The notes under the pieces: generated by a model
Seen by the model: the letters and a program-made list of their open reading frames with translations, nothing else
Database searches by the model: none
Told to the model about the DNA's origin: nothing
From: Antedon mediterranea
Lineage: Eukaryota > Animalia > Echinodermata
NCBI RefSeq assembly: GCF_964355755.1
Contig: NC_092675.1
Span: 13,424,812-13,488,811 of the forward strand
Direction: 5' to 3'
DNA: 64,000 bases
In this document: positions 15,001-30,000 of the stretch, piece after piece
Layout: each line of letters begins with the position of its first letter
Position numbering within the stretch: the first letter of the stretch is position 1
Position numbers and translations under genes: made by a program

Positions 15001-18000
15001 GAAACGTTTTAGACCATTTTGTGATTTTCGAAAAAACTTGTTAACATAAAAACACGAAAGTGCTTAGAATAGCTTCAAATCGCATTTGGAAACGTTTTAG
15101 ACCATTTTGTGATTTTCGAAAAAAATTGTTAACATAAAAACACCAAAGTGTTTAGAATAGCTTCAAATCGCATTTGGAGACGTTTTAGACCAATTTGTGA
15201 TTTTCGAAAAAACTTATCAACATAAAAACACCAAAGTGCTTAAAATCACATTATAAATCTTTTTAGACCATTTTGAGCATTTCGACAAAACTTTTTCACA
15301 CAAAATACCAAAGGGCTTCAAATCGCATTTGGAGACGTTTTAGACCATTTTGTGATTTTCGAAAAAACTTTTTAACATAAAAACACCAAAGTGCTTAGAA
15401 TAGCTTCAAATCACATTTGGAGACGTTTTAGACCATTTTGTGATTTTCGAAAAAACTTGTTAACATAAAAACACGAAAGTGCTTAGAATAGCTTCAAATC
15501 GCATTTAGAAACGTTTTAGACCATTTTGTGATTTTCGAAAAAAATTGTTAACATAAAAACACCAAAGTGCTTAGAATCACATTATAAACCGTTTTAGACC
15601 ATTTTGAGCATTTCGATAACAATTTTCACACAAAAACATCAAAGAGCACAAAATAGCTTAATATCGTATTTAAAAATGTTTTAGACCATTTTGAGCAATT
15701 AGATAAAACTTTTTCACACAAAACACCAAAGTGCTTAGAATAGCTTCAAATCGCATTTGGAGACGTTTTAGACCATTTTGTGATTTTTGAAAAAACTTGT
15801 TAACATAAAAACACCAAAGTGCTTAGAATAGCTTCAAATCACATTTGGAGACGTTTTAGACCATTTTGTGATTTTCGAAAAAACTTGTTAACATAAAAAC
15901 ACGAAAGTGCTTAGAATAGCTTCAAATCGCATTTGGAAACGTTTTAGACCATTTTGTGATTTTCGAAAAAACTTGTTAACATAAAAACACGAAAGTGCTT
16001 AGAATAGCTTCAAATCGCATTTGGAAACGTTTTAGACCATTTTGTGATTTTCGAAAAAACTTGTTAACATAAAAACACGAAAGTGCTTAGAATAGCTTCA
16101 AATCGCATTTGGAAACGTTTTAGACCATTTTGTGATTTTCGAAAAAAATTGTTAACATAAAAACACCAAAGTGTTTAGAATAGCTTCAAATCGCATTTGG
16201 AGACGTTTTAGACCAATTTGTGATTTTCGAAAAAACTTATCAACATAAAAACACCAAAGGGTTTAGAATAGCTTCAAATCGCATTTGGAGACGTTTTAGA
16301 CCATTTTGTGATTTTGAAAAAACTTGTTAACATAAAAACACCAAAGTGCTTAGAATAGCTTCAAATCGCATTTGGAGACGTTTTAGACCATTTTGTGATT
16401 TTCGAAAAAACTTGTTAACATAAAAACACCAAAGTGCTTAGAATAGCTTCAAATCGTATTTGGAGACGTTTTAGACCATTTTGAGATTTTCGAAAAAACT
16501 TGGTTACACAAAAACATCAAAGTGCTTAAAATCACATTATAAACCGTTTTAGACCATTTTTAGCATTTCGGTAACACTTTTCACACAAAAACATCAAAGA
16601 GCACAAAATAGCTTAATATCGTATTTAAAAACGTTTTAGACCATTTTGAGCATTTAGACAAAACTTTTTCACACAAAACAACAAAGTGCTTAGAATAGCT
16701 TCAAATCGCATTTGGAGACGTTTTAGACCATTTTGTGCATTTCGATGAAACTTGGTTACACAAAAACATTAAAGTGCTTAAAATCACATTATAAATCGTT
16801 TTAGACCATTTTGAGCATTTCGACAAAACTTTTTCACACAAAATACCAAAGTGCTTAGAATAGCTTCAAATCGCATTTGGAGAGGTTTTAGACCATTTTG
16901 TGATTTTCGAAAAAACTTTTTAACATAAAAACACCAAAGTGCTTAGAATAGCTTCAAATCACATTTGGAGACGTTTTAGACCATAAGTGCTTAGAATCAC
17001 ATTATAAACCGTTTTAGACCATTTTGAGCATTTCGATAACAATTTTCACACAAAACATCAAAGAGCACAAAATAGCTTAATATCGTATTTAAAAATGTTT
17101 TAGACCATTTTGAGCATTTAGATAAAACTTTTTCACACAAAACACCAAAGTGCTTAGAATAGCTTCAAATCGCATTTGGAGACGTTTTAGACCATTTTGT
17201 GATTTTTGAAAAAACTTGTTAACATAAAAACACCAAAGTGCTTAGAATAGCTTCAAATCACATTTGGAGATGTTTTAGAACATTTTGTGATTTTTGAAAA
17301 AACTTGTTAACATAAAAACACGAAAGTGCTTAGAATAGCTTCAAATCACATTTGGAGACGTTTTAGACCATTTTGTGATTTTTGAAAAAACTTGTTAACA
17401 TAAAAACACGAAAGTGCTTAGAATAGCTTCAAATCGCATTTGGAAACGTTTTAGACCATTTTGTGATTTTCGAAAAAGATTGTTAACATAAAAACACCAA
17501 TGTGCTTAGAATCACATTATAAACCGTTTTAGACCATTTTGAGCATTTCGATAACAATTTTCACACAAAAACATCAAAGAGAACAAAATAGCTTAATATC
17601 GTATTTATAAATGTTTTAGACCATTTTGAGCATTTCGACAAAACTTTTTCACACAAAACACCAAAGTGCTTAGAATAGCTTCAAATCGCATTTGGAGACG
17701 TTTTTTATACCATTTTGTGATTTCGATGAAACTTGGTTACACAAAAACATCAAAGTGCTTAAAATCACATTATAAACCGTTTTAGACCATTTTGAGCATT
17801 TCGATAACACTTTTCACACAAAAACATCAAAGAGCACAAAATAGCTTAATATCGTATTTAAAAACGTTTTAGACCATTTTGAGCATTTAGACAAAACTTT
17901 TTCACACAAAACACCAAAGTGCTTAGAATAGCTTCAAATCGCATTTGGAGACGTTTTAGAACATTTTGTGTTTTTCGAAAAAAACTGTTAACATAAAAAC

Positions 18001-21000
18001 ACCAAAGTGCTTAGAATAGCTTCAAATCGCATTTGGAGACGTTTTAGAACATTTTGTGTTCTTCGAAAAAACCTGTTAACATAAAAACACCAAAGTGCTT
18101 AGAATAGCTTCAAATCGCATTTGGAGACGTTTTAGACCATTTTGTGATTTTTGAAAAAACTTGTTAACATAAAAACACCAAAGTGCTTAGAATAGCTTCA
18201 AATCACATTTGGAGACGTTTTAGACCATTTTGTGATTTTCGAAAAAACTTGTTAACATAAAAACACGAAAGTGCTTAGAATAGCTTCAAATCGCATTTGG
18301 AAACGTTTTAGACCATTTTGTGATTTTCGAAAAAGATTGTTAACATAAAAACACCAAAGTGCTTAGAATCACAATATAAACCGTTTTAGACCATTTTGAG
18401 CATTTCGATAACAATTTTCACACAAAAACATCAAAGAGCACAAAATAGCTTAATATCGTATTTAAAAATGTTTTAGACCATTTTGAGCATTTAGATAAAA
18501 CTTTTTCACACAAAACACCAAAGTGCTTAGAATAGCTTCAAATCGCATTTGGAGACGGTTTAGACCATTTTGTGATTTTGAAAAAACTTGTTAACATAAA
18601 AACACCAAAGTGCTTAGAATAGCTTCAAATCGCATTTGGAGACGTTTTAGACCATTTTGTGATTTTCGAAAAAACTTGTTAACATAAAAACACCAAAGTG
18701 CTTAGAATAGCTTCAAATCGTATTTGGAGACGTTTTAGACCATTTTGAGATTTTCGAAAAAACTTGGTTACACAAAAACATCAAAGTGCTTAAAATCACA
18801 TTATAAACCGTTTTAGACCATTTTGAACATTTCGATAACACTTTTCACACAAAAACATCAAAGAGCACAAAATAGCTTAATATCGTATTTAAAAACGTTT
18901 TAGACCATTTTGAGCATTTCGACAAAACTTTTTCACACAAAACACCAAAGTGCTTAGAATAGCTTCAAATCGCATTTGGAGACGTTTTAGACCAATTTGT
19001 GCATTTCGATGAAACTTGATTACACAAAAACATCAACGTGCTTAAAATCACATTATAAACCGTTTTAGACCATTTTGAGCATTTCGATAACACTTTTCAC
19101 ACAAAAACATCAAAGAGCACAAAATAGCTTAATATCGTATTTAAAAACGTTTTAGACCATTTTGAGCATTTAGACAAAACTTTTTCACACAAAACACCAA
19201 AGTGCTTAGAATAGCTTCAAATCGCATTTGGAGACGTTTTAGACCATTTTGTGCATTTCGATGAAGCTTGGTTACACAAAAACATCAAAGTGCTTAAAAT
19301 CACATTATAAATCGTTTTAGACCATTTTGAGCATTTCGACAAAACTTTTTCACACAAAATACCAAAGGGCTTAGAATAGCTTCAAATCGCATTTGGAGAC
19401 GTTTTAGACCATTTTGTGATTTTCGAAAAAACTTTTTAACATAAAAACACCAAAGTGCTTAGAATAGCTTCAAATCACATTTGGAGACGTTTTAGACCAT
19501 TTTGTGATTTTCGAAAAAACTTGTTAACATAAAAACACGAAAGTGCTTAGAATAGCTTCAAATCGCATTTGGAAACGTTTTAGACCATTTTGTGATTTTC
19601 GAAAAAAATTGTTAACATAAAAACACCAAAGTGCTTAGAATCACATTATAAACCGTTTTAGACCATTTTGAGCTTTTCGATAACAATTTTCACACAAAAA
19701 CATCAAAGAGCACAAAATAGCTTAATATCGTATTTAAAAATGTTTTAGACCATTTTGAGCATTTAGATAAAACTTTTTCACACAAAACACCAAAGTGCTT
19801 AGAATAGCTTCAAATCGCATTTGGAGACGTTTTAGACCATTTTGTGATTTTTGAAAAAACTTGTTAACATAAAAACACCAAAGTGTTAGAATAGCTTCAA
19901 ATCACATTTGGAGACGTTTCAGACCATTTTGTGATTTTCGAAAAAACTTGTTAACATAAAAACACGAAAGTGCTTAGAATAGCTTCAAATCGAATTTGGA
20001 AACGTTTTAGACCATTTTGTGATTTTCGAAAAAACTTGTTAACATAAAAACACGAAAGTGCTTAGAATAGCTTCAAATCGCATTTGGAAACGTTTTAGAC
20101 CATTTTGTGATTTTCGAAAAAAATTGTTAACATAAAAACACCAAAGTGTTTAGAATAGCTTCAAATCGCATTTGGAGACGTTTTAGACCAATTTGTGATT
20201 TTCGAAAAAACTTATCAACATAAAAACACCAAATCGCATTTGGAGACGTTTTAGACCATTTTGTGATTTTGAAAAAACTTGTTAACATAAAAACACCAAA
20301 GTGCTTAAAATCACATTATAAATCGTTTTAGACCATTTTGAGCATTTCGACAAAACTTTTTCACACAAAATACCAAAGGGCTTCAAATCGCATTTGGAGA
20401 CGTTTTAGACCATTTTGTGATTTTCGAAAAAACTTTTTAACATAAAAACACCAAAGTGCTTAGAATAGCTTCAAATCACATTTGGAGACGTTTTAGACCA
20501 TTTTGTGATTTTCGAAAAAACTTGTTAACATAAAAACACGAAAGTGCTTAGAATAGCTTCAAATCGCATTTAGAAACGTTTTAGACCATTTTGTGATTTT
20601 CGAAAAAAATTGTTAACATAAAAACACCAAAGTGCTTAGAATCACATTATAAACCGTTTTAGACCATTTTGAGCATTTCGATAACAATTTTCACACAAAA
20701 ACATCAAAGAGCACAAAATAGCTTAATATCGTATTTAAAAATGTTTTAGACCATTTTGAGCAATTAGATAAAACTTTTTCACACAAAACACCAACGTGCT
20801 TAGAATAGCTTCAAATCGCATTTGGAGACGTTTTAGACCATTTTGTGATTTTTGAAAAAACTTGTTAACATAAAAACACCAAAGTGCTTAGAATAGCTTC
20901 AAATCACATTTGGAGACGTTTTAGACCATTTTGTGATTTTCGAAAAAACTTGTTAACATAAAAACACGAAAGTGCTTAGAATAGCTTCAAATCGCATTTG

Positions 21001-24000
21001 GAAACGTTTTAGACCATTTTGTGATTTTCGAAAAAAATTGTTAACATAAAAACACCAAAGTGTTTAGAATAGCTTCAAATCGCATTTGGAGACGTTTTAG
21101 ACCAATTTGTGATTTTCGAAAAAACTTATCAACATAAAAACACCAAAGGGTTTAGAATAGCTTCAAATCGCATTTGGAGACGTTTTAGACCATTTTGTGA
21201 TTTTGAAAAAACTTGTTAACATAAAAACACCAAAGTGCTTAGAATAGCTTCAAATCGCATTTGGAGACGTTTTAGACCATTTTGTGATTTTCGAAAAAAC
21301 TTGTTAACATAAAAACACCAAAGTGCTTAGAATAGCTTCAAATCGTATTTGGAGACGTTTTAGACCATTTTGAGATTTTCGAAAAAACTTGGTTACACAA
21401 AAACATCAAAGTGCTTAAAATCACATTATAAACCGTTTTAGACCATTTTTAGCATTTCGGTAACACTTTTCACACAAAAACATCAAAGAGCACAAAATAG
21501 CTTAATATCGTATTTAAAAACGTTTTAGACCATTTTGAGCATTTAGACAAAACTTTTTCACACAAAACACCAAAGTGCTTAGAATAGCTTCAAATCGCAT
21601 TTGGAGACGTTTTAGACCATTTTGTGCATTTCGATGAAACTTGGTTACACAAAAACATTAAAGTGCTTAAAATCACATTATAAATCGTTTTAGACCATTT
21701 TGAGCATTTCGACAAAACTTTTTCACACAAAATACCAAAGTGCTTAGAATAGCTTCAAATCGCATTTGGAGAGGTTTTAGACCATTTTGTGATTTTCGAA
21801 AAAACTTTTTAACGTTTTAGACCATAAGTGCTTAGAATCACATTATAAACCGTTTTAGACCATTTTGAGCATTTCGATAACAATTTTCACACAAAACATC
21901 AAAGAGCACAAAATAGCTTAATATCGTATTTAAAAATGTTTTAGACCATTTTGAGCATTTAGATAAAACTTTTTCACACAAAACACCAAAGTGCTTAGAA
22001 TAGCTTCAAATCGCATTTGGAGACGGTTTAGACCATTTTGTGATTTTTGAAAAAACTTGTTAACATAAAAACATGAAAGTGCTTAGAATAGCTTCAAATC
22101 ACATTTGGAGACGTTGTAGACCATTTTGTGATTTTTGAAAAAACTTGTTAACATAAAAACACGAAAGTGCTTAGAATAGCTTCAAATCGCATTTGGAAAC
22201 GTTTTAGACCATTTTGTGATTTTCGAAAAAGATTGTTAACATAAAAACACCAATGTGCTTAGAATCACAATATAAACCGTTTTAGACCATTTTGAGCATT
22301 TCGATAACAATTTTCACACAAAAACATCAAAGAGCACAAAATAGCTTAATATTGTATTTATAAATGTTTTAGACCATTTTGAGCATTTCGACAAAACTTT
22401 TTCACACAAAACACCAAAGTGCTTAGAATAGCTTCAAATCGCATTTGGAGACGTTTTTTATACCATTTTGTGATTTCGATGAAACTTGATTACACAAAAA
22501 CATCAAAGTGCTTAAAATCACATTATAAACCGTTTTAGACCATTTTGAGCATTTCGATAACACTTTTCACACAAAAACATCAAAGAGCACAAAATAGCTT
22601 AATATCGTATTTAAAAACGTTTTAGACCATTTTGAGCATTTAGACAAAACTTTTTCACACAAAACACCAAAGTGCTTAGAATAGCTTCAAATCGCATTTG
22701 GAGACGTTTTAGACCAATTTGTGCATTTCGATGAAACTTGATTACACAAAAACATCAAAGTGCTTAAAATCACATTATAAACCGTTTTAGACCATTTTGA
22801 GCATTTCGATAACACTTTTCACACAAAAACATCAAAGAGCACAAAATAGCTTAATATCGTATTTAAAAACGTTTTAGACCATTTTGAGCATTTAGACAAA
22901 ACTTTTTCACACAAAACACCAAAGTGCTAAGAATAGCTTCAAATCGCATTTGGAGACGTTTTAGAACATTTTGTGTTTTTCGAAAAAAACTGTTAACATA
23001 AAAACACCAAAGTGCTTAGAATAGCTTCAAATCGCATTTGGAGACGTTTTAGAACATTTTGTGTTCTTCGAAAAAACCTGTTAACATAAAAACACCAAAG
23101 TGCTTAGAATAGCTTCAAATCGCATTTGGAGACGTTTTAGACCATTTTGTGATTTTTGAAAAAACTTGTTAACATAAAAACACCAAAGTGCTTAGAATAG
23201 CTTCAAATCACATTTGGAGACGTTTTAGACCATTTTGTGATTTTCGAAAAAACTTGTTAACATAAAAACACGAAAGTGCTTAGAATAGCTTCAAATCGCA
23301 TTTGGAAACGTTTTAGACCATTTTGTGATTTTCGAAAAAGATTGTTAACATAAAAACACCAAAGTGCTTAGAATCACAATATAAACCGTTTTAGACCATT
23401 TTGAGCATTTCGATAACAATTTTCACACAAAAACATCAAAGAGCACAAAATAGCTTAATATCGTATTTAAAAATGTTTTAGACCATTTTGAGCATTTAGA
23501 TAAAATTTTTCACACAAAACACCAAAGTGCTTAGAATAGCTTCAAATCGCATTTGAAGACGGTTTAGACCATTTTGTGATTTTGAAAAAACTTGTTAACA
23601 TAAAAACACCAAAGTGCTAAGAATAGCTTCAAATCGCATTTGGAGACGTTTTAGACCATTTTGTGATTTTCGAAAAAACTTGTTAACATAAAAACACCAA
23701 AGTGCTTAGAATAGCTTCAAATCGTATTTGGAGACGTTTTAGACCATTTTGAGATTTTCGAAAAAACTTGGTTACACAAAAACATCAAAGTGCTTAAAAT
23801 CACATTATAAACCGTTTTAGACCATTTTGAACATTTCGATAACACTTTTCACACAAAAACATCAAAGAGCACAAAATAGCTTAATATCGTATTTAAAAAC
23901 GTTTTAGACCATTTTAAGCATTTCGACAAAACTTCTTCACACAAAACACCAAAGTGCTTAGAATAGCTTCAAATCGCATTTGGAGACGTTTTAGACCAAT

Positions 24001-27000
24001 TTGTGCATTTCGATGAAACTTGATTACACAAAAACATCAACGTGCTTAAAATCACATTATAAACCGTTTTAGACCATTTTGAGCATTTCGATAACACTTT
24101 TCACACAAAAACATCAAAGAGCACAAAATAGCTTAATATCGTATTTAAAAACGTTTTAGACCATTTTGAGCATTTAGACAAAACTTTTTCACACAAAACA
24201 CCAAAGTGCTTAGAATAGCTTCAAATCGCATTTGGAGACGTTTTAGACCATTTTGTGCATTTCGATGAAACTTGGTTACACAAAAACATCAAAGTGCTTA
24301 AAATCACATTATAAATCGTTTTAGACCATTTTGAGCATTTCGACAAAACTTTTTCACACAAAATACCAAAGGGCTTAGAATAGCTTCAAATCGCATTTGG
24401 AGACGTTTTAGACCATTTTGTGATTTTCGAAAAAACTTTTTTAACATAAAAAGACAAAAGTGCTTAGAATAGCTTCAAATCACATTTGGAGACGTTTTAG
24501 ACCATTTTGTGATTTTCGAAAAAACTTGTTAACATAAAAACACGAAAGTGCTTAGAATAGCTTCAAATCGCATTTGGAAACGTTTTAGACCATTTTGTGA
24601 TTTTCGAAAAAAATTGTTAACATAAAAACACCAAAGTGCTTAGAATCACATTATAAACCGTTTTAGACCATTTTGAGCATTTCGATAACAATTTTCACAC
24701 AAAAACATCAAAGAGCACAAAATAGCTTAATATCGTATTTAAAAATGTTTTAGACCATTTTGAGCATTTAGATAAAACTTTTTCACACAAAACACCAAAG
24801 TGCTTAGAATAGCTTCAAATCGCATTTGGAGACGGTTTAGACCATTTTGTGATTTTGAAAAAACTTGTTAACATAAAAACACCAAAGTGCTTAGAATAGC
24901 TTCAAATCGCATTTGGAGACGTTTTAGACCATTTTGTGATTTTCGAAAGAACTTGTTAACATAAAAACACCAAAGTGCTTAGAATAGCTTCAAATCGTAT
25001 TTGGAGACGTTTTAGACCCTTTTGAGATTTTCGAAAAAACTTGGTTACACAAAAACATCAAAGTGCTTAAAATCACATTATAAACCGTTTTAGACCATTT
25101 TGAACATTTCGATAACACTTTTCACACAAAAACATCAAAGAGCACAAAATAGCTTAATATCGTATTTAAAAACGTTTTAGACCATTTTGAGCATTTCGAC
25201 AAAACTTTTTCACACCAAAGTGCTTAGAATAGCTTCAAATCGCATTTGGAGACGTTTTAGACCATTTTGTGATTTTCGAAAAAACTTATCAACATAAAAA
25301 CACCAAAAGGTTTAGAATAGCTTCAAATCGCATTTGGAGACGTTTTAGACCATTTTGTGATTTTTGAAAAAACTTGTTAACATAAAAACACCAAAGTGCT
25401 TAGAATAGCTTCAAATCACATTTGGAGACGTTTTAGACCATTTTGTGATTTTCGAAAAAACTTGTTAACATAAAAACACGAAAGTGCTTAGAATAGCTTC
25501 AAATCGCATTTGGAAACGTTTTAGACCATTTTGTGATTTTCGAAAAAGATTGTTAACATAAAAACACCAAAGTGCTTAGAATCACAATATAAACCGTTTT
25601 AGACCATTTTGAGCATTTCGATAACAATTTTCACACAAAAACATCAAAGAGCACAAAATAGCTTAATATCGTATTTAAAAATGTTTTAGACCATTTTGAG
25701 CATTTAGATAAAATTTTTCACACAAAACACCAAAGTGCTTAGAATAGCTTCAAATCGCATTTAGAGACGGTTTAGACCATTTTGTGATTTTGAAAAAACT
25801 TGTTAACATAAAAACACCAAAGTGCTTAGAATAGCTTCAAATCGCATTTGGAGACGTTTTAGACCATTTTGTGATTTTCGAAAAAACTTGTTAACATAAA
25901 AACACCAAAGTGCTTAGAATAGCTTCAAATCGCATTTGGAGACGTTTTAGACCATTTTGTGATTTTCGAAAAAACTTGTTAACATAAAAACACCAAAGTG
26001 CTTAGAATAGCTTCAAATCGTATTTGGAGACGTTTTAGACCATTTTGAGATTTTCGAAAAAAACTTGGTTACACAAAAACATCAAAGTGCTTAAAATCAC
26101 ATTATAAACCGTTTTAGACCATTTTGAGCATTTCGATAACACTTTTCACACAAAAACATCAAAGAGCACAAAATAGCTTAATATCGTATTTAAAAACGTT
26201 TTAGACCATTTTGAGCATTTCGACAAAACTTTTTCACACAAAACACCAAAGTGCTTAGAATAGCTTCAAATCGCATTTGGAGACGTTTTAGACCAATTTG
26301 TGCATTTCGATGAAACTTGATTACACAAAAACATCAAAGTGCTTAAAATCACATTATAAACCGTTTTAGACCATTTTGAGCATTTCGATAACACTTTTCA
26401 CACAAAAACATCAAAGAGCACAAAATAGCTTAATATCGTATTTAAAAACGTTTTAGACCATTTTGAGCATTTAGACAAAACTTTTTCACACAAAACACCA
26501 AAGTGCTTAGAATAGCTTCAAATCGCATTTGGAGACGTTTTAGAACATTTTGTGTTTTTTGAAAAAAACTGTTAACATAAAAACACCAAAGTGCTTAGAA
26601 TAGCTTCAAATCGCATTTGGAGACGTTTTAGAACATTTTGTGTTCTTCGAAAAAACCTGTTAACATAAAAACACCAAAGTGTTTAGAATAGCTTCAAATC
26701 GCATTTGGAGACGTTTTAGACCATTCTGTGATTTTTGAAAAAACTTGTTAACATAAAAACACCAAAGTGCTTAGAATAGCTTCAAATCACATTTGGAGAC
26801 GTTTTAGACCATTTTGTGATTTTCGAAAAAACTTGTTAACATAAAAACACGAAAGTGCTTAGAATAGCTTCAAATCGCATTTGGAGACGTTTTAGAACAT
26901 TTTGTGTTCTTCGAAAAAACCTGTTAACATAAAAACTCCAAAGTGCTTAGAATAGCTTCAAATCGCATTTGGAGACGTTTTAGACCATTTTGTGATTTTC

Positions 27001-30000
27001 GAAAAAACTTGTTAACATAAAAACACGAAAGTGCTTAGAATAGCTTCAAATCGCATTTGGAAACGTTTTAGACCATTTTGTGATTTTCGAAAAAACTTGT
27101 TAACATAAAAACACGAAAGTGCTTAGAATAGCTTCAAATCGCATTTGGAAACGTTTTAGACCATTTTGTGATTTTCGAAAAAAATTGTTAACATAAAAAC
27201 ACCAAAGTGTTTAGAATAGCTTCAAATCGCATTTGGAGACGTTTTAGACCAATTTGTGATTTTCGAAAAAACTTATCAACATAAAAACACCAAAGGGTTT
27301 AGAATAGCTTCAAATCGCATTTGGAGACGTTTTAGACCATTTTGTGATTTTCGAAAAAACTTGTTAACATAAAAACACGAAAGTGCTTAGAATAGCTTCA
27401 AATCGCATTTGGAAACGTTTTAGACCATTTTGTGATTTTCGAAAAAACTTGTTAACATAAAAACATGAAAGTGCTTAGAATAGCTTCAAATCGTATTTGG
27501 AGACGTTTTAGACCATTTTGTGATTTTCGAAAAAACTTGTTAACATAAAAACACCAATGTGCTTAGAATAGCTTCAAATCGCATTTTGAGACGTTTTAGA
27601 CCATTTTGTGCATTTCGATGAAACTTGGTTACACAAAAACATCAAAGTGCTTAAAATCACATTATAAACCATTTTAGACCATTTTGAGCATTTCGATAAC
27701 ACTTTTCACACAAAAACATCAAAGAGCACAAAATAGCTTAATATCGTATTTAAAAATGTTTTAGACCATTTTGAGCATTTAGATAAAACTTTTTCACACA
27801 AAACACCAAAGTGCTTAGAATAGCTTCAAATCGCATTTGGAGACGGTTTAGACCATTTTGTGATTTTGAAAAAACTTGTTAACATAAAAACACCAAAGTG
27901 CTTAGAATAGCTTCAAATCGCATTTGGAGACGTTTTAGACCATTTTGTGATTTTCGAAAAAACTTGTTAACATAAAAACACCAAAGTGCTTAGAATAGCT
28001 TCAAATCGTATTTGGAGACGTTTTAGACCATTTTGAGATTTTCGAAAAAACTTGGTTACACAAAAACATCAAAGTGCTTAAAATCACATTATAAACCGTT
28101 TTAGACCATTTTGAACATTTCGATAACACTTTTCACACAAAAACATCAAAGAGCACAAAATAGCTTAATATCGTATTTAAAAACGTTTTAGACCATTTTG
28201 AGCATTTCGACAAAACTTTTTCACACAAAACACCAAAGTGCTTAGAATAGCTTCAAATCGCATTTGGAGACGTTTTAGACCAATTTGTGATTTTCGAAAA
28301 AACTTTTTAACATAAAAACACCAAAGTGCTTAGAATAGCTTCAAATCACATTTGGAGACGTTTTAGACCATTTTGTGATTTTCGAAAAAACTTGTTAACA
28401 TAAAAACACGAAAGTGCTTAGAATAGCTTCAAATCGCATTTGGAAACGTTTTAGACCATTTTGTGATTTTCGAAAAAAATTGTTAACATAAAAACACCAA
28501 AGTGCTTAGAATCACATTATAAACCGTTTTAGACCATTTTGAGCATTTCGATAACAATTTTCACAAAAAAACATCAAAGAGCACAAAATAGCTTAATATC
28601 GTATTTAAAAATGTTTTAGACCATTTTGAGCATTTAGATAAAACTTTTTCACACAAAACACCAAAGTGCTTAGAATAGCTTCAAATCGCATTTGGAGACG
28701 TTTTAGACCATTTTGTGATTTTTGAAAAAACTTGTTAACATAAAAACACCAAAGTGCTTAGAATAGCTTCAAATCACATTTGGAGACGTTTTAGACCATT
28801 TTGTGATTTTCGAAAAAACTTGTTAACATAAAAACACGAAAGTGCTTAGAATAGCTTCAAATCGCATTTGGAAACGTTTTAGACCATTTAGTGATTTTCG
28901 AAAAAACTTGTTAACATAAAAACACGAAAGTGCTTAGAATAGCTTCAAATTGCATTTGGAAACGTTTTAGACCATTTTGTGATTTTCGAAAAAAATTGTT
29001 AACATAAAAACACCAATGTGCTTAGAATCACATTATAAACCGTTTTAGACCATTTTGAGCATTTCGATAACAATTTTCACACAAAAACATCAAAGAGCAC
29101 AAAATAACTTAATATCGTATTTATAAATGTTTTAGACCATTTTGAGCATTTCGACAAAACTTTTTCACACAAAACACCAAAGTGCTTAGAATAGCTTCAA
29201 ATCGCATTTGGAGACGTTTTAGACCATTTTGTGATTTCGATGAAACTTGATTACACAAAAACATCAAAGTGCTTAAAATCACATTATAAACCGTTTTAGA
29301 CCATTTTGAGCATTTCGATAACACTTTTCACACAAAAACATCAAAGAGCACAAAATAGCTTAATATCGTATTTAAAAACGTTTTAGACCATTTTGAGCAT
29401 TTAGACAAAACTTTTTCACACAAAACACCAAAGTGCTTAGAATAGCTTCAAATCGCATTTGGAGACGTTTTAGAACATTTTGTGTTTTTCGAAAAAAACT
29501 GTTAACATAAAAACACCAAAGTGCTTAGAATAGCTTCAAATCGCATTTGGAGACGTTTTAGAACATTTTGTGTTCTTCGAAAAAACCTGTTAACATAAAA
29601 ACACCAAAGTGCTTAGAATAGCTTCAAATCGCATTTGGAGACGTTTTAGACCATTTTGTGATTTTTGAAAAAACTTGTTAACATAAAAACACCAAAGTGC
29701 TTAGAATAGCTTCAAATCACATTTGGAGACGTTTTAGACCATTTTGTGATTTTCGAAAAAACTTGTTAACATAAAAACACGAAAGTGCTTAGAATAGCTT
29801 CAAATCGCATTTGGAAACGTTTTAGACCATTTTGTGATTTTCGAAAAAGATTGTTAACATAAAAACACCAAAGTGCTTAGAATCACAATATAAACCGTTT
29901 TAGACCATTTTGAGCATTTCGATAACAATTTTCACACAAAAACATCAAAGAGCACAAAATAGCTTAATATCGTATTTAAAAATGTTTTAGACCATTTTGA

